Below, one piece after another: positions 9,195 to 17,817 of a stretch of DNA of 64,000 nucleotides. Within the stretch, counting starts at the first letter, position 1. Each line of letters opens with the position of its first letter. Source of the stretch: an uncultured Pelagibacteraceae bacterium (lineage in GTDB: Bacteria; Pseudomonadota; Alphaproteobacteria; Pelagibacterales; AG-422-B15). A program made the position numbers and the translations under genes. Under the pieces are notes generated by a model, which was not told the DNA's origin, did no database searches, and was given only the letters and a program-made list of their open reading frames with translations. The DNA is taken from the NCBI GenBank assembly GCA_902510025.1, contig CABWZX010000001.1, positions 1,133-65,132 on the forward strand, written 5' to 3'.

Positions 9195-10568
9195 ATGGAC
9201 AATGAGTTATCGGCTCTGGTAACCATATTTACGGAATTTTACTACTGGATCACAGTAGTTCTCATGTTTTTAATTCACGTGGGATTCTGTATGTATGAGG
9301 TCGGAGTCTCTCGTTACAAAAACCATCAACACACTCTTATGAAGAATACTATGCTGATACCTCTGGTAACAATCACATGGTTTTTCTTTGGTTGGTGGAT
9401 TTATTGGGCCTTTATTAATGGTCCAGGTCTAGGTACATCAATAATTAGTGGTGAATCTGGAATGAATCTAGTTGCAGACGGATGGGGAGCTAATGAATTA
9501 GGAAACCCAACTGGTCCTGCAATGGCAATTAACATGGGCGATCACATCAGTGGTGTGTTCTGGGCAGCATTCTTGCTGTTCTCTTGGACTGCCGCTTCTA
9601 TCGTTTCTGGAGCAGTAATTGAAAGAATTAGAATTAGTGCGTTTGGCGTTTTAGCTATCGCAATTGGTTCTGTATTCTGGACAATTGATGCATCTTGGGG
9701 ATGGCACTTTGATGGATGGATGGTGAAAGTTTTAGGTTATCATGATGCTTATGCTTCTGGTGTAATTCACGCAGTTTGTGGTGGATTTGCTTTAGGTGTA
9801 CTTGTTGTGTTAGGCCCACGAATTGGAAAATTTGTGAATGGCATACCTCAAAACATTGGACCAAGAAACCCATGGTTAGTTACACTAGGACTGTTTTTAA
9901 TTTATACAGGTTTCTGGGGTTTCTACGCAGCTTGTAATATTCCAATTTTTGATGCTGGAGCTGATTCTGGTGCAGGAGTAACGTACTTCACTGCAGCAAA
10001 TATCTATGCTAGTCCAACAACTCTAAGTGGAGTTACAATGAACTTCTTGATGTCACTCGCAGGTGGTCTGTTAGCTGGTTATGTCGTAGCAAAGGGAGAT
10101 CCTTTCTGGACATATTCAAGTGGACTGGCAGGAATAATCTGTGCGTCTGCAGGAAACGACTTGTACCATCCTTTACAATCAATGGTCATTGCCATGGTCG
10201 GTGTAGTAATTATGTACAAACTACATTACTGGGTAGAGCGTCGATTCAAAATTGACGACGCTGTTGGCGCAGTAGCGGTTCATGGTTATGCCGGTGTTGT
10301 CGGACTTTTAATTTGTGGCTTCGTTTTATGGGGCTATCCTTCTTCAACTTACGAAGGATATGCAGCAATCACTCCTTGGGGAATGTTGGCTGGCGCAATT
10401 ATCATGTTCGGTGTTCTTGGTTTCTTACCAGGTTATGTAATTGCACTTATACTTAATAGTGCTGGGCAATTACGTATCCCTAGAGAAGTTGAGATAGCTG
10501 GTCAAGACTACTTAGCAATGGAGGCAGCAAAAAAAGACGAAGACACTGTTGCTTCTGCTGAACAATAA
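9195..10568 (+). CDS. amt: Ammonium (possibly methylammonium) transporter, Amt family
   Basis: About 11 TM segments and the Amt signature region 'DDAVGAVAVHGYAGVVGLL'. RBS 'agaggag' upstream. Confidence 0.9.
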   Translation: MDNELSALVTIFTEFYYWITVVLMFLIHVGFCMYEVGVSRYKNHQHTLMKNTMLIPLVTITWFFFGWWIYWAFINGPGLGTSIISGESGMNLVADGWGANELGNPTGPAMAINMGDHISGVFWAAFLLFSWTAASIVSGAVIERIRISAFGVLAIAIGSVFWTIDASWGWHFDGWMVKVLGYHDAYASGVIHAVCGGFALGVLVVLGPRIGKFVNGIPQNIGPRNPWLVTLGLFLIYTGFWGFYAACNIPIFDAGADSGAGVTYFTAANIYASPTTLSGVTMNFLMSLAGGLLAGYVVAKGDPFWTYSSGLAGIICASAGNDLYHPLQSMVIAMVGVVIMYKLHYWVERRFKIDDAVGAVAVHGYAGVVGLLICGFVLWGYPSSTYEGYAAITPWGMLAGAIIMFGVLGFLPGYVIALILNSAGQLRIPREVEIAGQDYLAMEAAKKDEDTVASAEQ

Positions 10569-10579
10569 AGGAGATAACT

Positions 10580-10798
10580 ATGGAACCTACAGTAACAAGT
10601 TGGGTCGATGTTATGGTATCTGGTCAAGGCCAGGTTTACCCATACGTTGGAACAGAAATCTGGTGGTTAATTCTTGCGATTGTTATTTGGCTTGGCTGGC
10701 ATGTCATTACTGGCATCAGCGAGACCGAAGAACATGAGGAAGTTTGCAACAGAGCTCCTGGTCCAAACGACCATAAGAATAATATTACCAACTGGTAA
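10580..10798 (+). CDS. Small membrane protein co-transcribed with amt
   Basis: 72 aa with one clear TM ('IWWLILAIVIWLGWHVITGI'). Strong RBS 'aaaggag' 7 nt upstream, 11 nt after the amt stop, and followed by a hairpin. Confidence 0.55.
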   Translation: MEPTVTSWVDVMVSGQGQVYPYVGTEIWWLILAIVIWLGWHVITGISETEEHEEVCNRAPGPNDHKNNITNW

Positions 10799-10813
10799 TA
10801 TAAAATAAGCTTT

Positions 10814-10844
10814 GCAAAGGACACTGAAACTCAGTGTCCTTTGC
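10814..10844 (+). terminator. Strong hairpin after the amt/small-ORF pair (probable terminator)
   Basis: Perfect 14-bp stem gcaaaggacactga/tcagtgtcctttgc with loop 'aac'. The downstream T-tract is weak ('tagttt'). Confidence 0.55.
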
Positions 10845-10864
10845 TAGTTTCAGAGATTTTTCTA

Positions 10865-11002
10865 ATGACAGAAGATAATAAACCAGAACTTCCATCAAGA
10901 ATGAGGAACGTGGCCTTTCCAAAGGCGAAATATGGACTTTATCTTGCTATCTTTATCATTTGTTTGTGTTTATTCTTAATCTATAAAGACTCAATTTTTT
11001 AA
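10865..11002 (+). CDS. Possible 45-aa single-TM micro-protein (below the ORF-track cutoff)
   Basis: ATG at 10865 to TAA at 11000-11002 gives 'MTEDNKPELPSRMRNVAFPKAKYGLYLAIFIICLCLFLIYKDSIF'. It fills an otherwise empty gap. No RBS seen. Confidence 0.25.
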   Translation: MTEDNKPELPSRMRNVAFPKAKYGLYLAIFIICLCLFLIYKDSIF

Positions 11003-11012
11003 TACCTAAAAA

Positions 11013-11711
11013 ATGAAATTTTTAGTTCTTCAGCATATAGATATAGAGCATCCTGGCGTCTTTCGGGAATTCATGAAGAACGATAACGTTCAAATAGATA
11101 CCGTTGAATTAGACGTGGGAGAAAAAATACCAAAATTAGATCCGTACGATGCCATGATTGTTATGGGAGGTCCCATGGATACATGGCAAGAAGAAATTCA
11201 CCCATGGCTTGTGCCCGAGAAAGAAAGCATCTACGAATTTGCCTGCGTTCAAAAAAAACCTTATTTAGGTTTATGCCTTGGAGCTCAACTTCTTGGTGAA
11301 GTTGTAGGCGGAAAAGTTAACAAAATGGATAATCCAGAAATAGGAATACTCGATATTAATATTTCTAATCATAATTCAATATTTAAAGGCATGAACAACA
11401 ATATTAAAGTTCTACAGTGGCACTCTTATGAAGTTTCAGATCTGCCTGACTCTACAACTCTACTTGCATCATCTGATGTCTGCAAAGTACAAGCGTTTGC
11501 ATTTGAAAGAGCTTATGGTTTGCAATTTCATGTTGAGCAAACAAATGAGACTGTGCCTCAATGGTCATGCATACCAGAATATAAGACTGCACTCGAAGAA
11601 ACTTTGGGCTCAAATGCTCTTGATAAATTTACATCAGGAGTAGACGATAATCTTACTGCATTTAATAATAGTGCTAAAATAATCTACGATAATTTTGTTA
11701 ATATCATATAA
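11013..11711 (+). CDS. Class I glutamine amidotransferase-like protein (GATase1/peptidase C26 type)
   Basis: Nucleophile elbow 'LGLCLGAQLL' and His/Glu region 'LQFHVE'. Confidence 0.8.
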   Translation: MKFLVLQHIDIEHPGVFREFMKNDNVQIDTVELDVGEKIPKLDPYDAMIVMGGPMDTWQEEIHPWLVPEKESIYEFACVQKKPYLGLCLGAQLLGEVVGGKVNKMDNPEIGILDINISNHNSIFKGMNNNIKVLQWHSYEVSDLPDSTTLLASSDVCKVQAFAFERAYGLQFHVEQTNETVPQWSCIPEYKTALEETLGSNALDKFTSGVDDNLTAFNNSAKIIYDNFVNII

Positions 11712-11719
11712 TTTAACTA

Positions 11720-12796
11720 ATGATCCGAATACTGAAACACTTTTTAGTAATACTCATCACTATAAGTATTGCGGCAGTTATTGCTTTTCAATTTACTGCT
11801 GTACAAGATCTAGCTGCAAAATTGGTTGTTAAGGCTCAAGTTCAAAGAGCAATACAAGGAAATACTAAAATACCTGATTATGATGCTTTAAGTGCAGTGA
11901 CATGTGGTACTAGGTCTCCAATCGCTGCTCCTCCTGACCGCGCAGAAACATGCACAATGATTATTGCAGGAGAACATATTTACATTGTTGATGTAGGTGA
12001 TGGAAGTGTAGTAAATCTGAGAAACTGGAATATACCATTTAATAAAATCAAAGCAGTTTTTATAACTCATATGCACTCTGATCATATCTCAGATTTGGCT
12101 GATTTACATTTACTCACTTGGATTGGAACTGAGAGGGCAAAAAAGTTAGACGTATATGGACCAAGAGGAATTGAGTTAGTAACTAAAGGATTTGAAATGA
12201 GCTACAAACATGATTTTCTCTATAGAAACATGCACCACGGTAATATTTTAGCTCCATTAGAAGTAACTGGCTATAATCCCATCACAGTCATTCAAGAATC
12301 TATAGTCTTTGAAGAAAATGATCTAAGGGTGACCGCCTTCACGGTTAATCACTCACCAATAGAGCCTGCTTTTGGATTTAGATTTGATTATAAAGATCGA
12401 TCTATTGTTATTAGTGGGGATACAACAATTAATGACAATGTAATTAAAAATGCAAAAAATGCTGACGTTCTCATTCATGAGGCTCAATCAAATGAGATGG
12501 TAGAGTTGGCAAGGAAAGAGTTAGAGCTTAATAACCAAATTACTGAAAAATTATTTGAAGATATAAAAGATTACCATACCACACCTAAAGAAGCTGCTAG
12601 AGTTGCAAAAAAAGCAGAGGTTGATCATTTAGTTTTAAATCATTTATCCCCAGCTCCTGATGGATATATAGCAGAACAAATATTCACAAGAGGTTTAAGT
12701 AAGATTTTCCCTGATTGGACTTTAGCTGAGGATGGAACAATGGTTATCCTCCCAGTTAATTCTGAAAAAATAGAAATTACAAAAATAAGTAGATAA
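11720..12796 (+). CDS. Metallo-beta-lactamase-fold hydrolase (RNase Z-like) with N-terminal membrane anchor
   Basis: HxHxDH motif 'THMHSDHISD' and N-terminal TM 'FLVILITISIAAVIAF'. Confidence 0.8.
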   Translation: MIRILKHFLVILITISIAAVIAFQFTAVQDLAAKLVVKAQVQRAIQGNTKIPDYDALSAVTCGTRSPIAAPPDRAETCTMIIAGEHIYIVDVGDGSVVNLRNWNIPFNKIKAVFITHMHSDHISDLADLHLLTWIGTERAKKLDVYGPRGIELVTKGFEMSYKHDFLYRNMHHGNILAPLEVTGYNPITVIQESIVFEENDLRVTAFTVNHSPIEPAFGFRFDYKDRSIVISGDTTINDNVIKNAKNADVLIHEAQSNEMVELARKELELNNQITEKLFEDIKDYHTTPKEAARVAKKAEVDHLVLNHLSPAPDGYIAEQIFTRGLSKIFPDWTLAEDGTMVILPVNSEKIEITKISR

Positions 12797-12816
12797 GAAG
12801 AGTATTCTTACAAAAC

Positions 12817-13875
12817 TTAAGCCTTATCTCCATATTCTTGCATGTGTTTTGCTATTCTTTCACTATCTCCGTACATAAAATGTTTAGACATATCCTCTCT
12901 ATACCGACTCGATGGAACAGATAAGTTAACAGCTTCAGCTACTTCTCTAATAAGCATTGGATTCGCACCACAGCATACACCAAGATAATTGACTCCCATT
13001 CCATATGCTTCTTTTGCAAATGCTCCAATTTCATATCTATTACATTGTAAAGGATCAAGAGCAGTTGGAAAGGTCCGTCCGTGTGGCGAATTACATGTAC
13101 AGCCATTGTTATCAGGTAAGTTAAAGAATGTTGGACTCTCTTCTGTCGTTCGAAAATTTATTGGAAGAGCTGCAACGTGACACTTAAGTGATTTTCTAAT
13201 TTCTTTTAAATAAGGCATCATTGTCGCTGGTCCTCTAAAACAATTTAACCCTACAACATCCGCACCTCTTTGCTCTAGCTCTTTACATGTATCAACAATA
13301 GAAACACCATCTCTCATTATATTCTCACCCATAGGAGCAAGCGTAACAACAGCAGGTAAATTAGTTTGTTTGATAACTTCAAGAGCTTTATATGCTTCCT
13401 CAGCATAATAAAAAGTCTCTCCAATCAAAAGATCAGCATCTTCATCTACAGCCCAACCAATCATTTCCGAAAACATTCTTTCCACTTCTAGCTGAGACTC
13501 GCTATCATTCTCTTTCCAGATATTAGAATTTGAAATATTCCCTGCCATTAAATTTGGTTGAGTTCCTTTAATTGGATTGTCTGCAACTTTTTTTGCAATC
13601 TGCAATGCCGACCTGTTTAAAGGTTCAAGAAGATCTTCTTTTCCAATAACTCTCATCTTTTCTCGATGACCATTATATGTAAATGCTTGAACTATATCAG
13701 AACCCGCATGTTGAAAATCTTTGTGAAGATTCTCTAAAGCCTCAGGATGTTCCAAAGAAACCATAGGAACGAATTGACCAGAAGACATATATCCTCTTTT
13801 CTCAATCTCAAATAAGAACCCTTCCGCACAAATTACCGGACCCTTATTTAATCTTTCAATTAAATTTTTATTCAT
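12817..13875 (-). CDS. bhmT: Betaine-homocysteine S-methyltransferase (homocysteine S-methyltransferase domain)
   Basis: Hcy-binding TIM-barrel family with Zn-ligand cysteines in 'VGLNCF' and 'LGVCCGANP'. RBS 'aaaaaggag' upstream. Confidence 0.85.
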   Translation of the reverse strand: MNKNLIERLNKGPVICAEGFLFEIEKRGYMSSGQFVPMVSLEHPEALENLHKDFQHAGSDIVQAFTYNGHREKMRVIGKEDLLEPLNRSALQIAKKVADNPIKGTQPNLMAGNISNSNIWKENDSESQLEVERMFSEMIGWAVDEDADLLIGETFYYAEEAYKALEVIKQTNLPAVVTLAPMGENIMRDGVSIVDTCKELEQRGADVVGLNCFRGPATMMPYLKEIRKSLKCHVAALPINFRTTEESPTFFNLPDNNGCTCNSPHGRTFPTALDPLQCNRYEIGAFAKEAYGMGVNYLGVCCGANPMLIREVAEAVNLSVPSSRYREDMSKHFMYGDSERIAKHMQEYGDKA

Positions 13876-13877
13876 TA

Positions 13878-13938
13878 TTACTCCTTTTTAGTGCTTCAAC
13901 ATCATGTTAGGCGCACAATACAGTTCAAATGCCTGGTT
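13878..13938 (-). ncRNA. Candidate SAM-II/SAM-V-like aptamer overlapping the bhmT RBS (translational control)
   Basis: Minus-strand RNA 'AGGCAUUUGAACUGUAUUGUGCGCCUAACAUGAUGUUGAAGCACUAAAAAGGAG'. It has an AGGC/GCCU stem, and loop 'GUGC' can pair with tail 'GCAC' just 5' of the SD, giving an H-type pseudoknot. Called from memory of the class, with no covariance model run. Confidence 0.45.
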
Positions 13939-13956
13939 TTTTATTGAGATTTATTC

Positions 13957-13990
13957 CAAAAAAAAACCACCTGATAAAGCGGTGGTTTTA
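13957..13990 (-). terminator. Intrinsic terminator inside the bhmT leader (attenuator / riboswitch expression platform)
   Basis: Minus strand reads AAAACCACC-GCUUUAUCA-GGUGGUUUU followed by a U-run. No minus-strand gene lies upstream, so it must act on the bhmT leader transcript. Confidence 0.65.
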
Positions 13991-14050
13991 AAATTCGCTT
14001 TAGCAGGATTTTATAAAGCGCTCCGCAAGTTGAATTAAATCAGCGCTAAG
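13990..14050 (-). ncRNA. Candidate SAM-II-like aptamer (upstream member of a tandem arrangement)
   Basis: Stem AGCGCU/AGCGCU (14042-14047 / 14017-14022) with a 19-nt loop containing 'CUUGCGG', and a 3' tail 'CUGCUAAAGCG'. The tail 'UAAAGCG' (13996-14002) is complementary to 'CGCUUUA' (13975-13981) in the terminator. Confidence 0.5.
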
Positions 14051-14184
14051 TTAATTTAATACCAATTGATCAATTTTGTAAACTAAGAATTTCTTTAATT
14101 ATCAGTCCAAATTAATAATCCTTGCAGTAATACGAATACAGATTAGAAGAGGCTTAAATCAACCATAATATATATCCAACAAAA

Positions 14185-15636
14185 GTGATGCAATTTGATA
14201 CATTCGGTCTCTCGAAGACCTTAGAAAAGTCAATTTTTAAAATGGGCTTTCTAGAGCCAACGCCTGTTCAAGAACAATCAATTCCTATTGCTCTAAAAGG
14301 AATGGATATACTCGGTTCAGCACAAACTGGAACAGGGAAAACAGGTGCATTTTCTATACCTCTTATTCAAAAGTTAATGCGTGATGAAACAGCGACAGCT
14401 TTAGTTTTAACGCCTACTAGGGAACTTGCTAAACAAGTTTTAGAGGTAATAACTGAATTACTTTATGGTCAAAATGCCATCAATTTAGCATGCCTAATTG
14501 GTGGTGAGCAAATAACCAAACAATTAAAGCAATTAAGAAGAAGACCTAGAATTATTGTAGGTACTCCTGGGCGAATAAATGATCATATCGATAGAAAGTC
14601 ATTAAAATTAAACCAAGTTAAATTTCTTGTACTTGATGAGACAGATAGAATGCTTGATATGGGTTTTGGGACTCAAGTTGATCGCATACTGAAAAATATT
14701 CCAAAGGAAAGACAAACATTAATGTTTTCTGCAACCCTACCAGAACAAATTGTTAAACTTTCTACAAAATATCTCACATCACCCCAACGAATATCTATAG
14801 GTAAGTCAAATGTAGTTGCTGTAAATGTAAATAATGAAATTATAAAAATTAAAAAAGAAAATAAATATGAACTTTTACTTGATCAACTAGAAAAAAGAGA
14901 AGGAAGTGTTCTTCTTTTTGTTAAAACAAAACACGGCACTGTTAAAATGGCAAAAAACTTGAGAAATGATCATTTTATTTCTGAACCTTTAAATGGCAAT
15001 TTAAGACAAAGTAAGAGAGATCGAGTAATGAAGAATTTTAGAGATAAGAAATTTAAAATAATGGTTGCCACGGATATTGCTGCAAGGGGATTAGATGTAC
15101 CTCATATTGAACATGTAATTAATTATGATTTACCTCAGTTAGCTGAAGACTATATTCATCGCCTTGGTAGAACTGGAAGAGCAAATGCAATAGGATCAGC
15201 TGTTACATTTATCTCTAGCAAGGAATTGGATAAATGGAATGAAATAGAGAGAATATTAGATCCAGAATTAAGAAAAGTAGAAAGAAAGAATAAGCGTACA
15301 TCTTTAAAAAAGGATAAAAAATTTCAATCTAAAAGAAAGTCAAAAAGAAGATATACAAAATCAAAAAGTGATGATCATGATAAAAAGGATAGCTCTCAAT
15401 TTTATAAAAATAAAAGAAATAATAAAAAATATAAAAGTAAAGACGAAAATGATGATTTAACTTCTAGAAAAAAAAGATTTTCTACTAAGAAGTTTAAGAA
15501 TGAAAAAGATTTAGATAAAAGATCATTTAAAAAAAGAAGTGTAAAAACAAAATTTGCATCGGAGTTTAGACCTAAGAAAAAACATATAAGTAAAACGAAT
15601 GTAAGACAAAAACATAAAAAAAGAATTAGGAGATAA
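14185..15636 (+). CDS. DEAD/DExD-box ATP-dependent RNA helicase with a long polybasic C-terminal tail
   Basis: Q-motif 'PTPVQ', motif I 'AQTGTGKT', Ia 'PTRELA', II 'DETD' (not DEAD), III 'SAT', VI 'HRLGRTGRA'. The last roughly 130 aa are Lys/Arg/Ser-rich. The start may be ATG at 14188. Confidence 0.9.
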   Translation: MMQFDTFGLSKTLEKSIFKMGFLEPTPVQEQSIPIALKGMDILGSAQTGTGKTGAFSIPLIQKLMRDETATALVLTPTRELAKQVLEVITELLYGQNAINLACLIGGEQITKQLKQLRRRPRIIVGTPGRINDHIDRKSLKLNQVKFLVLDETDRMLDMGFGTQVDRILKNIPKERQTLMFSATLPEQIVKLSTKYLTSPQRISIGKSNVVAVNVNNEIIKIKKENKYELLLDQLEKREGSVLLFVKTKHGTVKMAKNLRNDHFISEPLNGNLRQSKRDRVMKNFRDKKFKIMVATDIAARGLDVPHIEHVINYDLPQLAEDYIHRLGRTGRANAIGSAVTFISSKELDKWNEIERILDPELRKVERKNKRTSLKKDKKFQSKRKSKRRYTKSKSDDHDKKDSSQFYKNKRNNKKYKSKDENDDLTSRKKRFSTKKFKNEKDLDKRSFKKRSVKTKFASEFRPKKKHISKTNVRQKHKKRIRR

Positions 15637-15650
15637 CAGTGTTTATTTCT

Positions 15651-17804
15651 TTAATTAAAACCTAGTTCTTTCTTCCTTTTTTCAGCATAGGTTCTAATCA
15701 AATTGTCGACTATTAACCCAATGAAAGCAACGCAAATTCCAAGAATTAAGCCTTTGCCCGCTCCTTGTCTATCAGATAAAGCCTTTAAAATATATTGTCC
15801 TAAATCTTCAGTTCCAATAAAGGCTCCAATGATGACCATAAATAATGCAAAGACAACTGTTTGATTGATTCCGAGCATGATATGAGGGAATGCTAAAGGA
15901 AAATCAATTTTAATTAACCTTTGTAAAGCTGTAACTCCGGACATAGCTGCAGCATCATGTAAACTAGGAGGAATACTTCGAAGTCCTTCAACAGTATAAC
16001 GAGTTGCTGGAATAGTTGCATAAACGACTACTGCAATTAAGACGGCAGTATCTGTTACTCCAAATAGCATCATAACAGGTATTAAATATACAAATGATGG
16101 GAATGTTTGAAAAGTATCACAGACGCCTAAAATAAATTTTGAACTATAATTATTCTGAGAACACACAGTACCTACTGTTACTCCAATTATACTCGAAACG
16201 ATAACTCCGCAAGTTGCCATATAAGCTGTAACTAGCGCTCTATCCCACCATTCAGTTAGGGCGATAAATAGTGTAAATCCTCCAACAATTAAAGCTGATC
16301 GAAGACCTCCAATGATATAGCCTGCCCCCATAACTAAAACAAACGTTGCAACAACTGGCATGCGAAGAAAAGCTGCTCTCATAGGCTGCAATACATCAAC
16401 TATTAACCAGGTATTAAATACTTTTAGCGGATAAAAGAATGTATCCCATATCCAATCAACACCTCTATTCCAAAAGTCTTCATTCGATATTCCTTTATTA
16501 TGTGGAACCTCAAATAAATAATTAAAACCTTCTTTAAAATAGAAAGAACCAAAATAGGCAAGTATCAATCCTATGATCACTGTTCCAGCAAAAATTAATC
16601 CATATTTATAACGCTGGAAGAAATTAAGATTAGTGAAATAATCTGTTTGTTTATTTGCCCATGCCAAAGACAGCTTATCTAAAATAACAGCAATTAAAGT
16701 TATACAAACACCGGCCTCTAGAGCTGCTCCTATATTAAGGCGATTTAAAGCCAATAATAAATTCCATCCTAATCCTTTTGCTCCTATAAAAGATGATATA
16801 ACTGCCATCGATAAACACACCATAATGACCTGATTCACTCCAATCAAAATGTCTCTTTTCGCAGTTGGAATTAATACTTTAAGCATAAGTTGAAAATCAT
16901 TACATCCACTCATTTTTCCAGCATCAATAATTTCAGGAGATACTGCTCTCAGTCCTAACACGGTTAATAGGATCATTGGTGGAGTAGCAACAACTATGGT
17001 TGCAATAGCTCCAGCATGATCTCCAATGCCGAATAGAACCATTACAGGAACAAGATATGCATATTGGGGCATAGTTTGCATAACCATAAGTATAGGAGAC
17101 AACGCCGTTTCAACTTTTTTACTTTTGTAAGCCCAAACGCCCAGACTCAAACCAAGAATAAAAGAAACTGGTGCGGCAACTAGTATAAACGAAAGTGTTT
17201 GCATTGAAGGCTCCCATTGACCAAACACAGAAATATAAATCATGGTGACAGCAGCAAATATTGCAAGACCTCTTCCCGCCAATTTATATCCCAATATCGC
17301 TGCTCCAGCAGTGACTATAGTCCAAGGAATTCCACGAAATTCTGCCCATGGATTTGCATCAATCCAGTCCCAACTTGTAAATGCTACAACAGTCTTAACT
17401 CCACCTATGAATATTTCGCGAATGAATTCAATAAAAAAAAGTAGAGTTGATGAAATAAATCTTGTCACATGGAGCATAAATGGACGTGTTCTATAGTCGC
17501 CTAAATCAGAATCCCAAAAATCTATTTTCCACCAATCATTTAAGAAAAAATATAATACATCATTTATCCAAATAGGAAACCATCCAAGCCAAGGCGGTAA
17601 TCTCCATAAAAAATTAAAGTATGTATAGCTGACAGATATGCCTAAAAAACTGTAAGTAGATTGACCTTCAACTATTACGTGCTCAGCTTCAGCCCTTATA
17701 AATTTATAGCCCTCAGGTACATCTATTGCAAAAATTAATCCAAAAAAAGTAAGTAGCAATAAAAGCCATTGAAATAATTTTGGATGTTTATTTATAAATT
17801 CCAT
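15651..17804 (-). CDS. tmoV: Fused double permease of a betaine-family ABC importer (TmoV-like)
   Basis: 717 aa and highly hydrophobic, with two tandem permease halves. It lies immediately downstream of the ATPase. The symbol comes from context next to the tmm/tdm-like genes. Confidence 0.75.
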   Translation of the reverse strand: MEFINKHPKLFQWLLLLLTFFGLIFAIDVPEGYKFIRAEAEHVIVEGQSTYSFLGISVSYTYFNFLWRLPPWLGWFPIWINDVLYFFLNDWWKIDFWDSDLGDYRTRPFMLHVTRFISSTLLFFIEFIREIFIGGVKTVVAFTSWDWIDANPWAEFRGIPWTIVTAGAAILGYKLAGRGLAIFAAVTMIYISVFGQWEPSMQTLSFILVAAPVSFILGLSLGVWAYKSKKVETALSPILMVMQTMPQYAYLVPVMVLFGIGDHAGAIATIVVATPPMILLTVLGLRAVSPEIIDAGKMSGCNDFQLMLKVLIPTAKRDILIGVNQVIMVCLSMAVISSFIGAKGLGWNLLLALNRLNIGAALEAGVCITLIAVILDKLSLAWANKQTDYFTNLNFFQRYKYGLIFAGTVIIGLILAYFGSFYFKEGFNYLFEVPHNKGISNEDFWNRGVDWIWDTFFYPLKVFNTWLIVDVLQPMRAAFLRMPVVATFVLVMGAGYIIGGLRSALIVGGFTLFIALTEWWDRALVTAYMATCGVIVSSIIGVTVGTVCSQNNYSSKFILGVCDTFQTFPSFVYLIPVMMLFGVTDTAVLIAVVVYATIPATRYTVEGLRSIPPSLHDAAAMSGVTALQRLIKIDFPLAFPHIMLGINQTVVFALFMVIIGAFIGTEDLGQYILKALSDRQGAGKGLILGICVAFIGLIVDNLIRTYAEKRKKELGFN

Positions 17805-17817
17805 AAATTATAAATTG

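Noticed and set aside
10549-10824. Alternative ORFs 10549-10737 (+) and 10636-10824 (-) overlapping the small ORF after amt.
   Set aside because: The 10580-10798 frame has a strong SD and a clean TM helix. The others lack start signals, and one runs antisense through the terminator hairpin.
15240-15636. A-rich, seemingly repetitive DNA that might be a tandem repeat or array.
   Set aside because: It is in frame with the helicase and encodes its Lys-rich tail. No regular repeat unit or spacer periodicity is present, so this is coding low complexity.
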